From positions 64,001 to 128,000 of the forward strand of contig CAVVNQ010000002.1 in assembly GCA_963749705.1 (NCBI GenBank): 64,000 nt of DNA, written 5' to 3'. The position numbers were made by a program, and so were the translations under genes. The stretch's first letter is position 1. The number at the start of each line of letters is the position of its first letter. Shown here piece by piece: positions 19,612 through 29,445 of the stretch. Origin of the DNA: an uncultured Chloroflexia bacterium (GTDB lineage: Bacteria; Chloroflexota; Limnocylindria; Limnocylindrales; CSP1-4). Below the pieces are notes generated by a model. The model had not been told where the DNA came from. It was given only the letters and a program-made list of their open reading frames with translations, and did no database searches.

Positions 19612-22600
19612 GTGCCCTCCGAGCGACGTCCCCGACAGCCCGTTTCCAGCCAGCCGGCCGAGCGCGGTGGCGCGCGTCGCATGAGACGCCGCCATGGACG
19701 CGCCGAACCGGGACCCCTCGTCCAGATCCCGGTCTGGGGCCAGCCGGAACCCGTCGAACCCGGGACGGAGGCCGGCCCCACGGGCACGGCAGCGCTGCTC
19801 GACGGCCTCAACCCGGAGCAGCGCCGGGCGGTGACGCATGGCGATGGGCCGCTGCTCGTGGTCGCCGGTGCCGGCACCGGCAAGACCCAGGTGATCACCC
19901 GCCGGATCGCGTGGCTGATCGCCACCCGTCGCGCGCGTCCCGCCGAGATCCTCGCGCTGACGTTCACGGACCAGGCGGCCGACGAGATGCAGACGCGCGT
20001 GGACCAGCTGGTGCCCTACGGCTACACGGACACTGCGATCGCCACCTTCCACGCGTTCGGCGACCGGCTGGTCCGCGAGCACGCGCTCGAGCTCGGGTTG
20101 CCGACGGACGTGCGCGTCCTGTCACGTCCCGAGACGGTCGTGTTCCTCCGGGAGCATCTGTTCGAGCTGGACCTGGACGCGTACCGGCCGCTGGGTGACC
20201 CGACCCGGTTCCTCGACGCCCTGGCCACGCTGTTCTCGCGGGCCAAGGACGAGGACGTCTCGCCCGAGGCCTTCCTCGCCCACGCGGACCGGCTCGCGGA
20301 GCATGCGGCCCGGCTGACGGAAGGGCTGGACGGCGGGGGATCGGCGGCCTCGGAGGCGGACACGGGCGCCGCCGCGTCCGCGGAGGAGCAGGCCCGGCGG
20401 CTGCGCGAGCTCGCCCGTGCCTACGCCCGCTACCAGGCGCTGCTCGCCGCGAACGGGGCGATCGACTTCGGCGACCAGGTCTCGCTGGCGCTTCGGCTGC
20501 TCAGGGACTCGCCCGCCGTGCGCGAGGAGGTCCAGCGACGGTTCCGGCACGTGCTGGTGGACGAGTTCCAGGACACCAACCGCGCGCAGGCGGAGCTGGT
20601 GGCGCTGATCGCCCAGCCGCACCGCAACGTCACGGTCGTGGGCGACGACGACCAGTCGATCTACAAGTTCCGGGGCGCCGCGATCAGCAACATCCTCGAG
20701 TTCCGGGAGCGCTACCGGCATGCGAAGGTCGTCGTCCTGCGCCGCAACTACCGTTCCCGGGCGCCGATCCTCGACGCGGCCTATCGCCTGGTCCGGCACA
20801 ACGACCCGGACCGGCTCGAGGTGCGGGCGGGGATCGTGAAGCGACTCGTCGCGGAGCGCGGCGGCGACCCGGCCGCACCGGTCCGGCACGAGGCGTTCGC
20901 GACCGGCGCGGAGGAGGCGGACTGGATCGCGGCCGACGTCGCGCGACGGATCGCGGGCGGGGGGTCACCCCGGGACGTGGCCATCCTCGTTCGGGCCAAC
21001 GCCACGGCCGATCCGATCCTGCGCTCGCTCAACCTCGAGGGCATCCCGTGGCGGTTCTCGGGCACCAGCGGCCTCTACGCCCGCCCCGAGGTCAAGCTGC
21101 TGCTCGCGTTCCTGCGGGCGATCGCCGACCTCGGCTCGTCGGTCGACGTGTATGCGCTCGCGGCATCGGACCTGTACCGCACCGGCGGCGAGGACCTCGT
21201 CGCCATCGTGAACATGGCCCGCCGCCGGAACCGGTCCGTGTGGGACATCCTCGAGGAGCTTGGCAGGCAGCCGGGGATCCTGCGGGTGTCGCCGGAGACT
21301 CGCGAGGCGGCGGCCAGGCTGGTCGAGGACCTGCGGGCGTTCGTCGCCCTCGGTCACGAGCGTCCGGCTGGCGAGGTCATGTACGCGTTCCTGCGCCGGA
21401 CCGGCTGGCTGAAACGCCTCGCCGCGGGCGATTCGGTGGCAAGCGAGGAAGCGCTGTCGAACATCGCGCGCCTGTTCGACATCGTCCGGTCCCAGTCGGC
21501 GCTGCTCGCCGACGACCGGGCCGTGTTCGTCGCGCGTCACCTGCAGACGTTGATCCAGGCCGGCGACGACCCGCCCACGGCGGACATCGACCCCGACGCG
21601 GACGCGGTCGCCGTGATGACCGTCCACAAGGCGAAGGGCCTCGAGTTCCCCGTCGTGTACCTGCCGGGTCTCGTGTCCGGCCGGTTCCCGGCGACGGGCC
21701 GGCGCGAGCCGCTCGCGCTACCGGTCGAGCTGGTCAGGGAGACCCTGCCGGAGGGGGACTACCAGCTCCAGGAGGAGCGCCGGCTGTTCTACGTCGGCAT
21801 GACCCGCGCTCGCGACGAGCTCGTCCTGACCCATGCCGCGGACTACGGCGGCCAGCGCGCCCGGCGGGTCTCGCCGTTCGTGCTCGAGGCGCTCGACCTT
21901 CCGGTCGCATCGGGCGCAGCCGGCGCCGGCGCGAGGACGTCCTCGCCGCTGGAGCGGCTGGGCTCGTTCGAGCGCACCGAGCCCGCGCCGGTCGCGGCCC
22001 GGTCGCGCGGCCGGGAGCCGCTGATGCTCTCGTTCTACGCGATCGACGACTACCTCACCTGCCCGCTCAAGTACAAGTACGCACACGTGCTGCGGGTGCC
22101 GCTCGCGCCCCACCACTCGATCATCTACGGCTCGGCGCTCCATGCCGCGGTCGCCGAGTTCCATCGCCGCCACGCGCGCGGCGACGTGATGGGCGAGGAC
22201 GACCTGTACGCCGCGTTCACCAACGCCTGGCGCAACGAGGGCTTCCTGTCTCGGGAGCACGAGGAGGCACGCCTTGCGGCGGGCCGGCAGGCGCTCCGGA
22301 GGTTCCGCGACGAGCAGCTGGCGCCCGGCGCGATCGTGCCCGCGTACGTGGAGCGCGAGTTCAGCTTCCTCCTCGACGGCGACCGGGTCCGCGGCCGCTA
22401 CGACCGCGTGGACATCGTGCCCCGGGCCGATGCGCCCGACATGTCCGAGCCGGCCGCAGCCGCCGCAGACGGTGACTACGCATCCGGCGCCGACGTCATC
22501 GAGCCGACGCTCGAGCTGTCGCCGGAGGTGGTCACGATCACCGACTACAAGTCGTCGGACGTGCGCGACCCCGCCAAGGCGAGACAGCGGGCCAAGGGGT

Positions 22601-22857
22601 CGCTGCAGCTGTCGATCTACGCGATGGGCTACGAGGCGACCACCGGGCGCCTGCCCGACCGGGTCGCGCTCCACTTCCTGGACTCTGGCCTGGTCGGAAC
22701 GGCGGCGGTCGACCGGCGGCGGATCGAGAAGGCGCGCGAGGCGATCCGGACGGCCGCCGCGGGAATGCGCAGTGGCACGTTCGACGCACGGCCCGACTTC
22801 GTCTCGTGCACGTACTGCGCGTTCCGCGAGATCTGCCCCTCGAGCGCGGTCCGCTGA
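19612..22857 (+). CDS. UvrD/PcrA-type SF1 helicase fused to a C-terminal PD-(D/E)XK nuclease with four Cys (AdnA/AdnB/AddAB-like); start could be ATG 19681
   Basis: AGAGTGKT, DEFQDTN, GDDDQSIY.FRGA, NYRS, TVHKAKGLEF, EERRLFYVGMTRA; nuclease CPLKY..GRYDRVD..DYKS..QLSIY..CTYCAFREIC. Confidence 0.93.
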   Translation: MPSERRPRQPVSSQPAERGGARRMRRRHGRAEPGPLVQIPVWGQPEPVEPGTEAGPTGTAALLDGLNPEQRRAVTHGDGPLLVVAGAGTGKTQVITRRIAWLIATRRARPAEILALTFTDQAADEMQTRVDQLVPYGYTDTAIATFHAFGDRLVREHALELGLPTDVRVLSRPETVVFLREHLFELDLDAYRPLGDPTRFLDALATLFSRAKDEDVSPEAFLAHADRLAEHAARLTEGLDGGGSAASEADTGAAASAEEQARRLRELARAYARYQALLAANGAIDFGDQVSLALRLLRDSPAVREEVQRRFRHVLVDEFQDTNRAQAELVALIAQPHRNVTVVGDDDQSIYKFRGAAISNILEFRERYRHAKVVVLRRNYRSRAPILDAAYRLVRHNDPDRLEVRAGIVKRLVAERGGDPAAPVRHEAFATGAEEADWIAADVARRIAGGGSPRDVAILVRANATADPILRSLNLEGIPWRFSGTSGLYARPEVKLLLAFLRAIADLGSSVDVYALAASDLYRTGGEDLVAIVNMARRRNRSVWDILEELGRQPGILRVSPETREAAARLVEDLRAFVALGHERPAGEVMYAFLRRTGWLKRLAAGDSVASEEALSNIARLFDIVRSQSALLADDRAVFVARHLQTLIQAGDDPPTADIDPDADAVAVMTVHKAKGLEFPVVYLPGLVSGRFPATGRREPLALPVELVRETLPEGDYQLQEERRLFYVGMTRARDELVLTHAADYGGQRARRVSPFVLEALDLPVASGAAGAGARTSSPLERLGSFERTEPAPVAARSRGREPLMLSFYAIDDYLTCPLKYKYAHVLRVPLAPHHSIIYGSALHAAVAEFHRRHARGDVMGEDDLYAAFTNAWRNEGFLSREHEEARLAAGRQALRRFRDEQLAPGAIVPAYVEREFSFLLDGDRVRGRYDRVDIVPRADAPDMSEPAAAAADGDYASGADVIEPTLELSPEVVTITDYKSSDVRDPAKARQRAKGSLQLSIYAMGYEATTGRLPDRVALHFLDSGLVGTAAVDRRRIEKAREAIRTAAAGMRSGTFDARPDFVSCTYCAFREICPSSAVR

Positions 22858-22861
22858 CGCC

Positions 22862-23749
22862 ATGCCCGCCATCGGCCGCGACGATCGGCGGGCCATCGAC
22901 GCCGTCCTTGCCGGCACCCTGCCGGGCGCGGTCGTCGTCGCCGACAACCTCGAGGCGCTGCGCCACATCCCCGATGGCGTGGTCGACCTGGCGTACGCGG
23001 ATCCGCCGTTCGCGACGGGCGGTGCGCGGCGGCTGCAGTCGATCCGGACCGGGACCGGCGACGCCGTCCGCCGGGGCTTCGCGGGCCGCACCTACCGCTA
23101 CCGGGTCGTGCAGGACCTCGCGTGGCCGGACGACCTGCCCCTCGACGCCCACCTGGCGGCCATCCGCGAGCGGCTGGTCGAGATCCGGCGCGTGCTGGCG
23201 CCCCACGGCTCGCTGTACCTGCACGTCGACTGGCGGACGGTCCACCACGTGCGCCTGCTCCTGGACGACGTGTTCGGCGCGGAGCGCTTCCTCAACGAGA
23301 TCGTGTGGGCCTATGACTACGGGGGACGGCCCCGCGACCGCTGGCCACGCAAGCACGACTCGATCCTGTGGTACGCGAAGGGCGACAGCTGGCGGTTCGA
23401 GCGCGATGCGATCGACCGGGTGCCGTACCTCGCCCCGGACCTGGTCGGCCCCGAGAAGGCCGCCCGCGGCAAGCTGCCCACCGACGTGTGGTGGATGACC
23501 ATCGTGCCGCCGGGCTCGCGGGAGCGGACCGGGTACCCGACCCAGAAGCCGGTCCAGCTGCTGGAGCGAATCGTGGCGGCGTCGAGCCGGCCGGGCGACC
23601 TCGTCCTCGATCCCTACGCGGGCAGCGGCACGACGGGCGTCGCGGCTGCCCGCCTCGGCCGGCGCTGGATCCTCGTCGACCGCAACCCGGCCGCTGTGGC
23701 CATCGCCCGTGAGCGGATCACCGGCGTGGCGGAGCCCCGCGAGCGATGA
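22862..23749 (+). CDS. N4-C/N6-A DNA methyltransferase (beta-class motif order), orphan
   Basis: Catalytic DPPF precedes YPTQKP and SAM-binding DPYAGSGTT. Confidence 0.92.
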   Translation: MPAIGRDDRRAIDAVLAGTLPGAVVVADNLEALRHIPDGVVDLAYADPPFATGGARRLQSIRTGTGDAVRRGFAGRTYRYRVVQDLAWPDDLPLDAHLAAIRERLVEIRRVLAPHGSLYLHVDWRTVHHVRLLLDDVFGAERFLNEIVWAYDYGGRPRDRWPRKHDSILWYAKGDSWRFERDAIDRVPYLAPDLVGPEKAARGKLPTDVWWMTIVPPGSRERTGYPTQKPVQLLERIVAASSRPGDLVLDPYAGSGTTGVAAARLGRRWILVDRNPAAVAIARERITGVAEPRER

Positions 23750-24525
23750 TCGAGGCGATCACGTTCGATTTCGGGAACACCCTGGTGCCGGTGTCGTCGG
23801 CCGGCCTGCGCGGCGTCGTCGGGCGCACGGCACTGGCGATGGCGGAGCGGCTCGGCCCGTTCGACGTCGACGAGGTGCTGCGGGCGTGGGCCGACGAGCG
23901 CGAGCGCCAGTTCCGCGAGGAGGTGCCGCAGTTCCGTGAGGTCGACCTCACCCAGCGGCTCGCCCGGATCCTGGCGCGGCTCCGGGGCATGGCGCCGCCG
24001 CCCGCCGACCGGCGCTGGGACGATGCGGCCGCGGCCGCGCTCAGCGGGCCGGAGGAGATCGCGTGGGCGGTCGACACGTACTCGCGCAGCTTCGTCGATG
24101 CGCTCCCACCCGCGCCCGAGGCCGGCGCCGTACTTCAACGCCTGGCCGGTCGTTACCGGCTGGCCATCCTGTCCAACTGGCCGCTGGCGGCGACGATCGA
24201 CCGGTATGCCGGGGCCGCCGGGTGGATGCCCCACCTCGATGCCATCGTCGTCTCCCAGCGAGTGGGCGCAATCAAGCCGCATCCGGCGATGTTCGAGGCC
24301 GCGCGAGCGGCGCTCGGATCCCCCGATCCTCGCGCGATCCTGCACGTGGGCGATGACTGGGCCGCCGATGTCGTCGGGGCGAGGCGGGCCGGCTGGCGGG
24401 CTGCCTACGTGACGGGGCGGCCTGGCGATTCGCCGCTGCCGGGCAGCCCGCGCGGGCGGGGCCTGGAGGCGGACATCGAGATCGTGTCCATCGGCGAGCT
24501 CGAGGCTCGGCTGGTCGCCCTGTAG
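23746..24525 (+). CDS. HAD-superfamily hydrolase
   Basis: FDFGNTL, LSN, KPHP and HVGDD..ADV.GA motifs; ATGA overlap. Confidence 0.92.
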   Translation: MIEAITFDFGNTLVPVSSAGLRGVVGRTALAMAERLGPFDVDEVLRAWADERERQFREEVPQFREVDLTQRLARILARLRGMAPPPADRRWDDAAAAALSGPEEIAWAVDTYSRSFVDALPPAPEAGAVLQRLAGRYRLAILSNWPLAATIDRYAGAAGWMPHLDAIVVSQRVGAIKPHPAMFEAARAALGSPDPRAILHVGDDWAADVVGARRAGWRAAYVTGRPGDSPLPGSPRGRGLEADIEIVSIGELEARLVAL

Positions 24526-24569
24526 CACGGGCCTCCTCGCGGGGTCTGCGGTGGGTAGACTCGGTGGCG

Positions 24570-24944
24570 ATGGAGCCCCGCGACCGCGTCGCCAACCTCG
24601 CGCTGCTTGCCGGCGCGGGCGTGGCGTGGATCCTGGTCGGCCTCGTGGTCACGACCCGTGATCCGTACCAGGACGCGATGGCCGGCTACCTCGGTGCGCT
24701 GCTGATCGGCGTGGCCGTCGGCATCACCGGGATCCCGCTCAGCTGGCTGGTCGTGTTCGCCCGCCATCGCCGGATCGCCTACCAGGGCGACTGGCTCCGC
24801 GCCGCACGGCGCGGCGGCTGGATCGGGCTGTTCGTCGCGGTCCTCGTCGTGCTCAGGCTGGTGGACGCCTTCCAGCTGCCCATCGTGCTGTTCCTCGCCG
24901 CCATCTTCACCGTTGCCGAGGTCACCCTCTCGGCCGAACGCTAG
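24570..24944 (+). CDS. Small 4-TM hypothetical membrane protein
   Basis: Four hydrophobic segments; TAGACT -10 lies 8 nt before ATG 24570. Confidence 0.75.
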   Translation: MEPRDRVANLALLAGAGVAWILVGLVVTTRDPYQDAMAGYLGALLIGVAVGITGIPLSWLVVFARHRRIAYQGDWLRAARRGGWIGLFVAVLVVLRLVDAFQLPIVLFLAAIFTVAEVTLSAER

Positions 24945-24952
24945 GAGCTCCC

Positions 24953-26176
24953 GTGATCGAACCGCTGACCACCGTGCGTCCCGCCGAGCCCTTCGCCGAC
25001 CTGAAGGCGAGGGCGACGGCAGCCGTCGAGGACGCCCGCGACGAGATCCTCGGGCTGTCGCACCGAATCCACGCCAACCCCGAGCCCGCGTTCGAGGAGC
25101 ACCAGGCCGCCAGATGGGTCGCCGAGGTCATCGCGCGCCACGGCTACGCGGTCGAGGCCCCGGCGGGCAGCCTGGCGACCGCCGTCCGTGGCCGGCTGAC
25201 GGGCGGCCTCGGGCCGGACGGACCGCGGATCGGCGTCCTCGCCGAGTACGACGCGCTGCCCGGGCTGGGCCATGGCTGCGGGCACAACACGATGGCCGCC
25301 TCCGGCGTCGGCGCCGCGATCGCCCTGGCCGCCATCCGCGACGCCTTTGCGGGCGAGATCGTGTTCCTGGGCACGCCGGCCGAGGAGCGGGGGAGCGGCA
25401 AGGAGATCATGATCCGCGACGGCCTGTTCGAGGGCCTCGACGCGGCGCTGCTGTTCCATCCCTCCGACCGCAACCACGTGGAGATCGCACCCCTCGCCTC
25501 GGAGGACGTCAGCGTCACGTTCACCGGCCTCCAGAGCCACGCCGCCGCAGAGCCGTGGAACGGTCGCAACGCGCTGGACGCGATGATCGCGCTGTTCGTC
25601 TCTGTCGGGCTGTGGCGCCAGCAGCTCCAGCCGCATGCCCGCGTCCACGGGATCATCCAGGAGGGCGGCACGGCCGCCAACATCATCCCGGCCACGACCC
25701 GCGCCTGGTTCATGATCCGGAGCGCCGACCAGGCTTACTACGAGGTGATGAAGGCGCGCTTCCGCCAGCTGTGCGACGCGGCTGCGTTGGCCGCCGACGT
25801 CGAGGTCGAGGTGGAGTTCTCGGGCGCGGCGACGACCATGAACCACAACCGGACCCTGGCCGCCCGCTGGGTTGCCAACGCCGAGGCCTTCGGGATCGCC
25901 GACCAGGGTATGGACGCGGCGTCGGGCTCGACCGACATGGCCAACGTGTCCTGGGTGGTGCCCGCGATCCACCCCGAGGTGTCGATCACCGAAGGCCCCA
26001 CGCCGGGGCACTCGATCGAGTTCCGTGACGCCGCGGCTCGCCCGCGCGCGGATCGAACGGTGCTGACGGCGGCGGCGCTGGTGGCGCACACGGCCATCGA
26101 CCTGCTGTGCGATCCGGGGATGGTCGATGCGGCGTGGCAGGAGTTCCGCGCGACGCCCGGGATCGAAGGATCGTGA
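24953..26176 (+). CDS. M20 amidohydrolase (AbgB/PM20D2-like)
   Basis: HANPE.AFEE, EYDALPGLGHGCGHN, GTPAEE, GRNALDA and GSTDMANVS. Confidence 0.92.
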   Translation: MIEPLTTVRPAEPFADLKARATAAVEDARDEILGLSHRIHANPEPAFEEHQAARWVAEVIARHGYAVEAPAGSLATAVRGRLTGGLGPDGPRIGVLAEYDALPGLGHGCGHNTMAASGVGAAIALAAIRDAFAGEIVFLGTPAEERGSGKEIMIRDGLFEGLDAALLFHPSDRNHVEIAPLASEDVSVTFTGLQSHAAAEPWNGRNALDAMIALFVSVGLWRQQLQPHARVHGIIQEGGTAANIIPATTRAWFMIRSADQAYYEVMKARFRQLCDAAALAADVEVEVEFSGAATTMNHNRTLAARWVANAEAFGIADQGMDAASGSTDMANVSWVVPAIHPEVSITEGPTPGHSIEFRDAAARPRADRTVLTAAALVAHTAIDLLCDPGMVDAAWQEFRATPGIEGS

Positions 26177-26370
26177 GCGCTTCGCGACCGGCGTCCCGCT
26201 CTGACCCGGAGCGGCCGATCGCGCGCCGCACGCCCAGCGGTTAGGATTGCCGGCGGCGCGCCCCGCTGGACGGTGAACACGAACCGGCGGCGCCCCGGCT
26301 GAGGCGGTGATGATCCGCCGGTCGTCCGCGATGTCGTCACGTCGCGACGCCCGACCGCCTCCGGAGGTGC

Positions 26371-27435
26371 ATGGTGGCCGAGCGTCCCGGGCATTCGGGC
26401 GATGTCGACTTCGCCGCGCGAAACGGGTGGGACCAGCCGTACGAGACGTACGACGACTACGACCTGCCGACCTACGTCGGGCTGCCCACGTTCATGAAGC
26501 TGCCGTGGGTGCCCGACGCGTCGGACCTCCGGGCGCGGAACGTCGACGTGGCCATCGTCGGCGCGCCGTTCGACGATGCGGTCAGCCACCGGCCCGGGGC
26601 ACGGTTCGGCCCGCGGGCGATCCGCGAGGCGCAGTACACGAGCGGGTCGATCCACTCCCTCCAGCTGGGCAACGAGCCGTTCGAGGTCCTCAACGTCGTC
26701 GACGCGGGCGACGCGAACATCGTCCCGTCCTGGATCGACCGCGCCCATGCCCTGATCTACCGCAAGGTCCACGAGGTCGCGGCGACGGGCGCGATCCCGA
26801 TCGTCCTTGGCGGCGACCATTCGATCACGTGGCCGTCGGCCACCGCGATCGCCGATGTCCGCCGGCCGGGCAGCATCGGCATCGTCCACTTCGACGCCCA
26901 CGCGGACACGGCCAGCGACGACTGGGGCGTCCTCGCCGGGCACGGCACGCCGATGCGCCGCCTGATCGAGTCCGGCGCGGTCAAGGGCCGGAACTTCGTT
27001 CAGGTCGGTCTGCGCGGCTACTGGCCGCCGGTCGAGACGTTCGAATGGATGCGCGAGCAGGGCCTGCGGTGGCACCTGATGCGCGAGATCGAGGAGCGGG
27101 GGGCCGAGGCCGTCATCGACGACGCGATCGCCGAGGCGCTCGACGGCCCCGACTGCATCTACATCTCGGTCGACATCGATGTCATCGACCCGGGCAGCGC
27201 CCCCGGGACCGGGACGCCCGAGCCGGGCGGGCTGCTGCCCCGCGAGGTGCTGCGGGCGGTGCGCCGGATCGCCGGAGCCGTCGACGTGGCGGGCATGGAC
27301 ATCGTCGAGGTCTCACCGCCGTACGACCATGCCGAGGTCACCGCAATGGCCGCCAACCGGATCGCGCTGGAGGCGATCTCCGCGCTCGCCGCCAAGCGGC
27401 TGGCCGGGCACCCCGTCCGGTACGAGCGCCCGTGA
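26371..27435 (+). CDS. Ureohydrolase (agmatinase/guanidinobutyrase family)
   Basis: RPGARFGP, GGDHS, HFDAHAD, HGTP, SVDIDVIDP..APGTGTPE and VEVSP; GGAGGT SD. Confidence 0.93.
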   Translation: MVAERPGHSGDVDFAARNGWDQPYETYDDYDLPTYVGLPTFMKLPWVPDASDLRARNVDVAIVGAPFDDAVSHRPGARFGPRAIREAQYTSGSIHSLQLGNEPFEVLNVVDAGDANIVPSWIDRAHALIYRKVHEVAATGAIPIVLGGDHSITWPSATAIADVRRPGSIGIVHFDAHADTASDDWGVLAGHGTPMRRLIESGAVKGRNFVQVGLRGYWPPVETFEWMREQGLRWHLMREIEERGAEAVIDDAIAEALDGPDCIYISVDIDVIDPGSAPGTGTPEPGGLLPREVLRAVRRIAGAVDVAGMDIVEVSPPYDHAEVTAMAANRIALEAISALAAKRLAGHPVRYERP

Positions 27436-28217
27436 CGGAGACCGCCGCGGCCGCGCTGGCCCGCCTCTACGACCTCGACCTGTCGGAGGATCCCGGCGAC
27501 CTCGACCTGTACCGGGCCCTCGCCGCGCGCACGGGCGGACCGATCCTTGAGCTCGCGGTCGGCACCGGGCGACTGGCCGTGCCGCTCGCGAGGGATGGGT
27601 ATCCGGTGACCGGCGTCGACCTCGACCCCGCGATGCTGGCCCGCGCGACCGCGGCCGCGGATGCCGAGGGGCTCGAGGTCGCGCGGCGGCTGCGCCTGAT
27701 CGAGGGCGACGCGCGGACGATCCGCCTCACCGAGGCGGGCAGCTTCCGGCTGGCGACCATCCCCCTCAACTCGATCTTCCTGATGGGCACGCGGACCGAC
27801 CAGGCGGCAGCCGTGGCGACGCTGGCGGCGCACCTTGCGCCGGGTGGTCTTGCGGTCCTCGACGCGTGGCTACCGGACGCGGAGGACCTTGCGCGCTATG
27901 ACGGTCGCGTGATCCTCGAGTGGGTGCGCGAGGAGCCCTCGACCGGCATGACCGTGACCAAGACCGGCAGCGCGATCTACGACCCCGCGAACGGGATCGT
28001 CCAGCTGACCACGATATTCGACGCCGGCCTGCCCGGCGAGCCACCCGTGCGCTGGGTCCGGTCCGACCGCCTGCGATTGGTCGGCCCCGACGAGCTGGTC
28101 TCCTTCACCGAGTCGGCGGGCCTCGCGATCGAGTCGGTGGCGGGCGACTGGGACCTGGGCCCGCTCGTCGCGGGCGCGGAACGGGTCGTCGTGGTGGCGC
28201 GCAGGACCGGCGCCTGA
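27432..28217 (+). CDS. Class I SAM-dependent methyltransferase
   Basis: ILELAVGTGR, GVDLD..ML and HLAPGG; GTGA overlap with the ureohydrolase stop. Confidence 0.9.
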   Translation: MTETAAAALARLYDLDLSEDPGDLDLYRALAARTGGPILELAVGTGRLAVPLARDGYPVTGVDLDPAMLARATAAADAEGLEVARRLRLIEGDARTIRLTEAGSFRLATIPLNSIFLMGTRTDQAAAVATLAAHLAPGGLAVLDAWLPDAEDLARYDGRVILEWVREEPSTGMTVTKTGSAIYDPANGIVQLTTIFDAGLPGEPPVRWVRSDRLRLVGPDELVSFTESAGLAIESVAGDWDLGPLVAGAERVVVVARRTGA

Positions 28218-28296
28218 CCCTGATCCGGTCACCTGGCCGGACCCGTGACCATCGGGGCGGATTGGCACCCCCGGCTCGCGTGGTAGAGTCGCGCCG

Positions 28297-29436
28297 ATGC
28301 CGGATCAGATCCGCCTGCTCGTGGTCGAGGACGTCCCCCAGGTCGCCCAGTACATTCGTGGCCTGCTCAACACGCAATCCGCGATCAAGCTGCTGGATGT
28401 CGTGAGCGATGGCACGCGCGTGGCCAAGATGGTGTCGGAGCTGCGGCCCGACGTGGTGCTCGTCGACGCGCTGCTCCAGGGACGCCTCAAGGGCATGGCG
28501 CTGGTCGAGCGGTTGCACGAGTCGGGCGTCGGGGTGCCGGTCATCGTGCTGACCGTCCCGCAGCGGCCCGTCGAGGCCGACCCTGACAACGGCATCCACG
28601 GGGTGCTCGCGATGCCCTTCTCCGGGTACGACCTGATCACCCGCCTCCAGGCCGTGCGCGAGATGGTGGCCGCCATCGAGGGCGTCGGCACGGCGCGCAT
28701 GATCACCGTGTTCGCGCCCAAGGGCGGGGTCGGCAAGACGACGCTGGCGTTCAACATCGCGGTCGCGATCGGGCAGCTGAACCAGAAGACCGTCCTCATC
28801 GACGGCAGCCTCCAGTTCGGCGACATGCGAGCGCTGCTCAAGGTTCCGGCCGAGGCCCCGTCGCTCCTGGACCTGCCGACCGATCGCATCCAGGAATCGG
28901 ACCTCCAGGACGTCCTGTGGCGCGATCCGTCGGGCATCGACATCCTGCTCGCGCCGCCACGGATCGAGATGGCGGAGATGGTCACGGTCCGCGATCTCGA
29001 GAAGATGCTGTCGCTGATGCGTCGGGTGTATGACTTCGTGATCGTGGATACCACCTCCGTCGTCAACGACGTCAACCTGGCATTCCTCGACGCCGCGGAC
29101 ACGATCCTGGAGATCGTGACCCATGACTCGACCACGATCCACAACACGATGGTGATGGCCGACGCGTTCCGGATGATCGGCTACCCGGCGACCAAGGTGC
29201 AGTACCTGGTGAACCGCGCCGACTCGACCGGCGGCATCGACCCCGAGATCCTGAATCGCGCCCTGGGCCGCGTGCCCGAGCATCGGGTCGGCTCCGGCGG
29301 GGCGATCGTCGTGAACGCCAACAACGAGGGCATCCCGTTCGTCCTCGCCGACCCGGCCGCGACGATCAGCCAGGAGGTCATGCACGCAGCGTCGGCGATC
29401 GTCGGGCACGGAGCGCCCGTCGCGAGCCGGCGGTAG
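28297..29436 (+). CDS. Receiver domain fused to MinD/ParA-like ATPase (CpaE/TadZ-like)
   Basis: VVED..LVD receiver; PKGGVGKTT deviant Walker A; DGSLQFGD, IVDT and ANNEG.P. Confidence 0.88.
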   Translation: MPDQIRLLVVEDVPQVAQYIRGLLNTQSAIKLLDVVSDGTRVAKMVSELRPDVVLVDALLQGRLKGMALVERLHESGVGVPVIVLTVPQRPVEADPDNGIHGVLAMPFSGYDLITRLQAVREMVAAIEGVGTARMITVFAPKGGVGKTTLAFNIAVAIGQLNQKTVLIDGSLQFGDMRALLKVPAEAPSLLDLPTDRIQESDLQDVLWRDPSGIDILLAPPRIEMAEMVTVRDLEKMLSLMRRVYDFVIVDTTSVVNDVNLAFLDAADTILEIVTHDSTTIHNTMVMADAFRMIGYPATKVQYLVNRADSTGGIDPEILNRALGRVPEHRVGSGGAIVVNANNEGIPFVLADPAATISQEVMHAASAIVGHGAPVASRR

Positions 29437-29445
29437 CACGAGGTC

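Noticed and set aside
22020-22857. Cas4-like nuclease as CRISPR adaptation gene
   Set aside because: It is the C-terminal domain of a UvrD fusion; no cas1/cas2 or array
26250-26370. Canonical guanidine-I/II/III/IV or TPP riboswitch
   Set aside because: Consensus elements not found by eye; kept only as an unclassified candidate
26307-28217. Apparent long fusion ORFs in the track (26307-28217, 30275-32665, 22274-23749, 59556-61352, 4541-6478)
   Set aside because: N-terminal parts are off-frame overlaps of upstream genes; true starts lie at coupled or promoter-proximal codons
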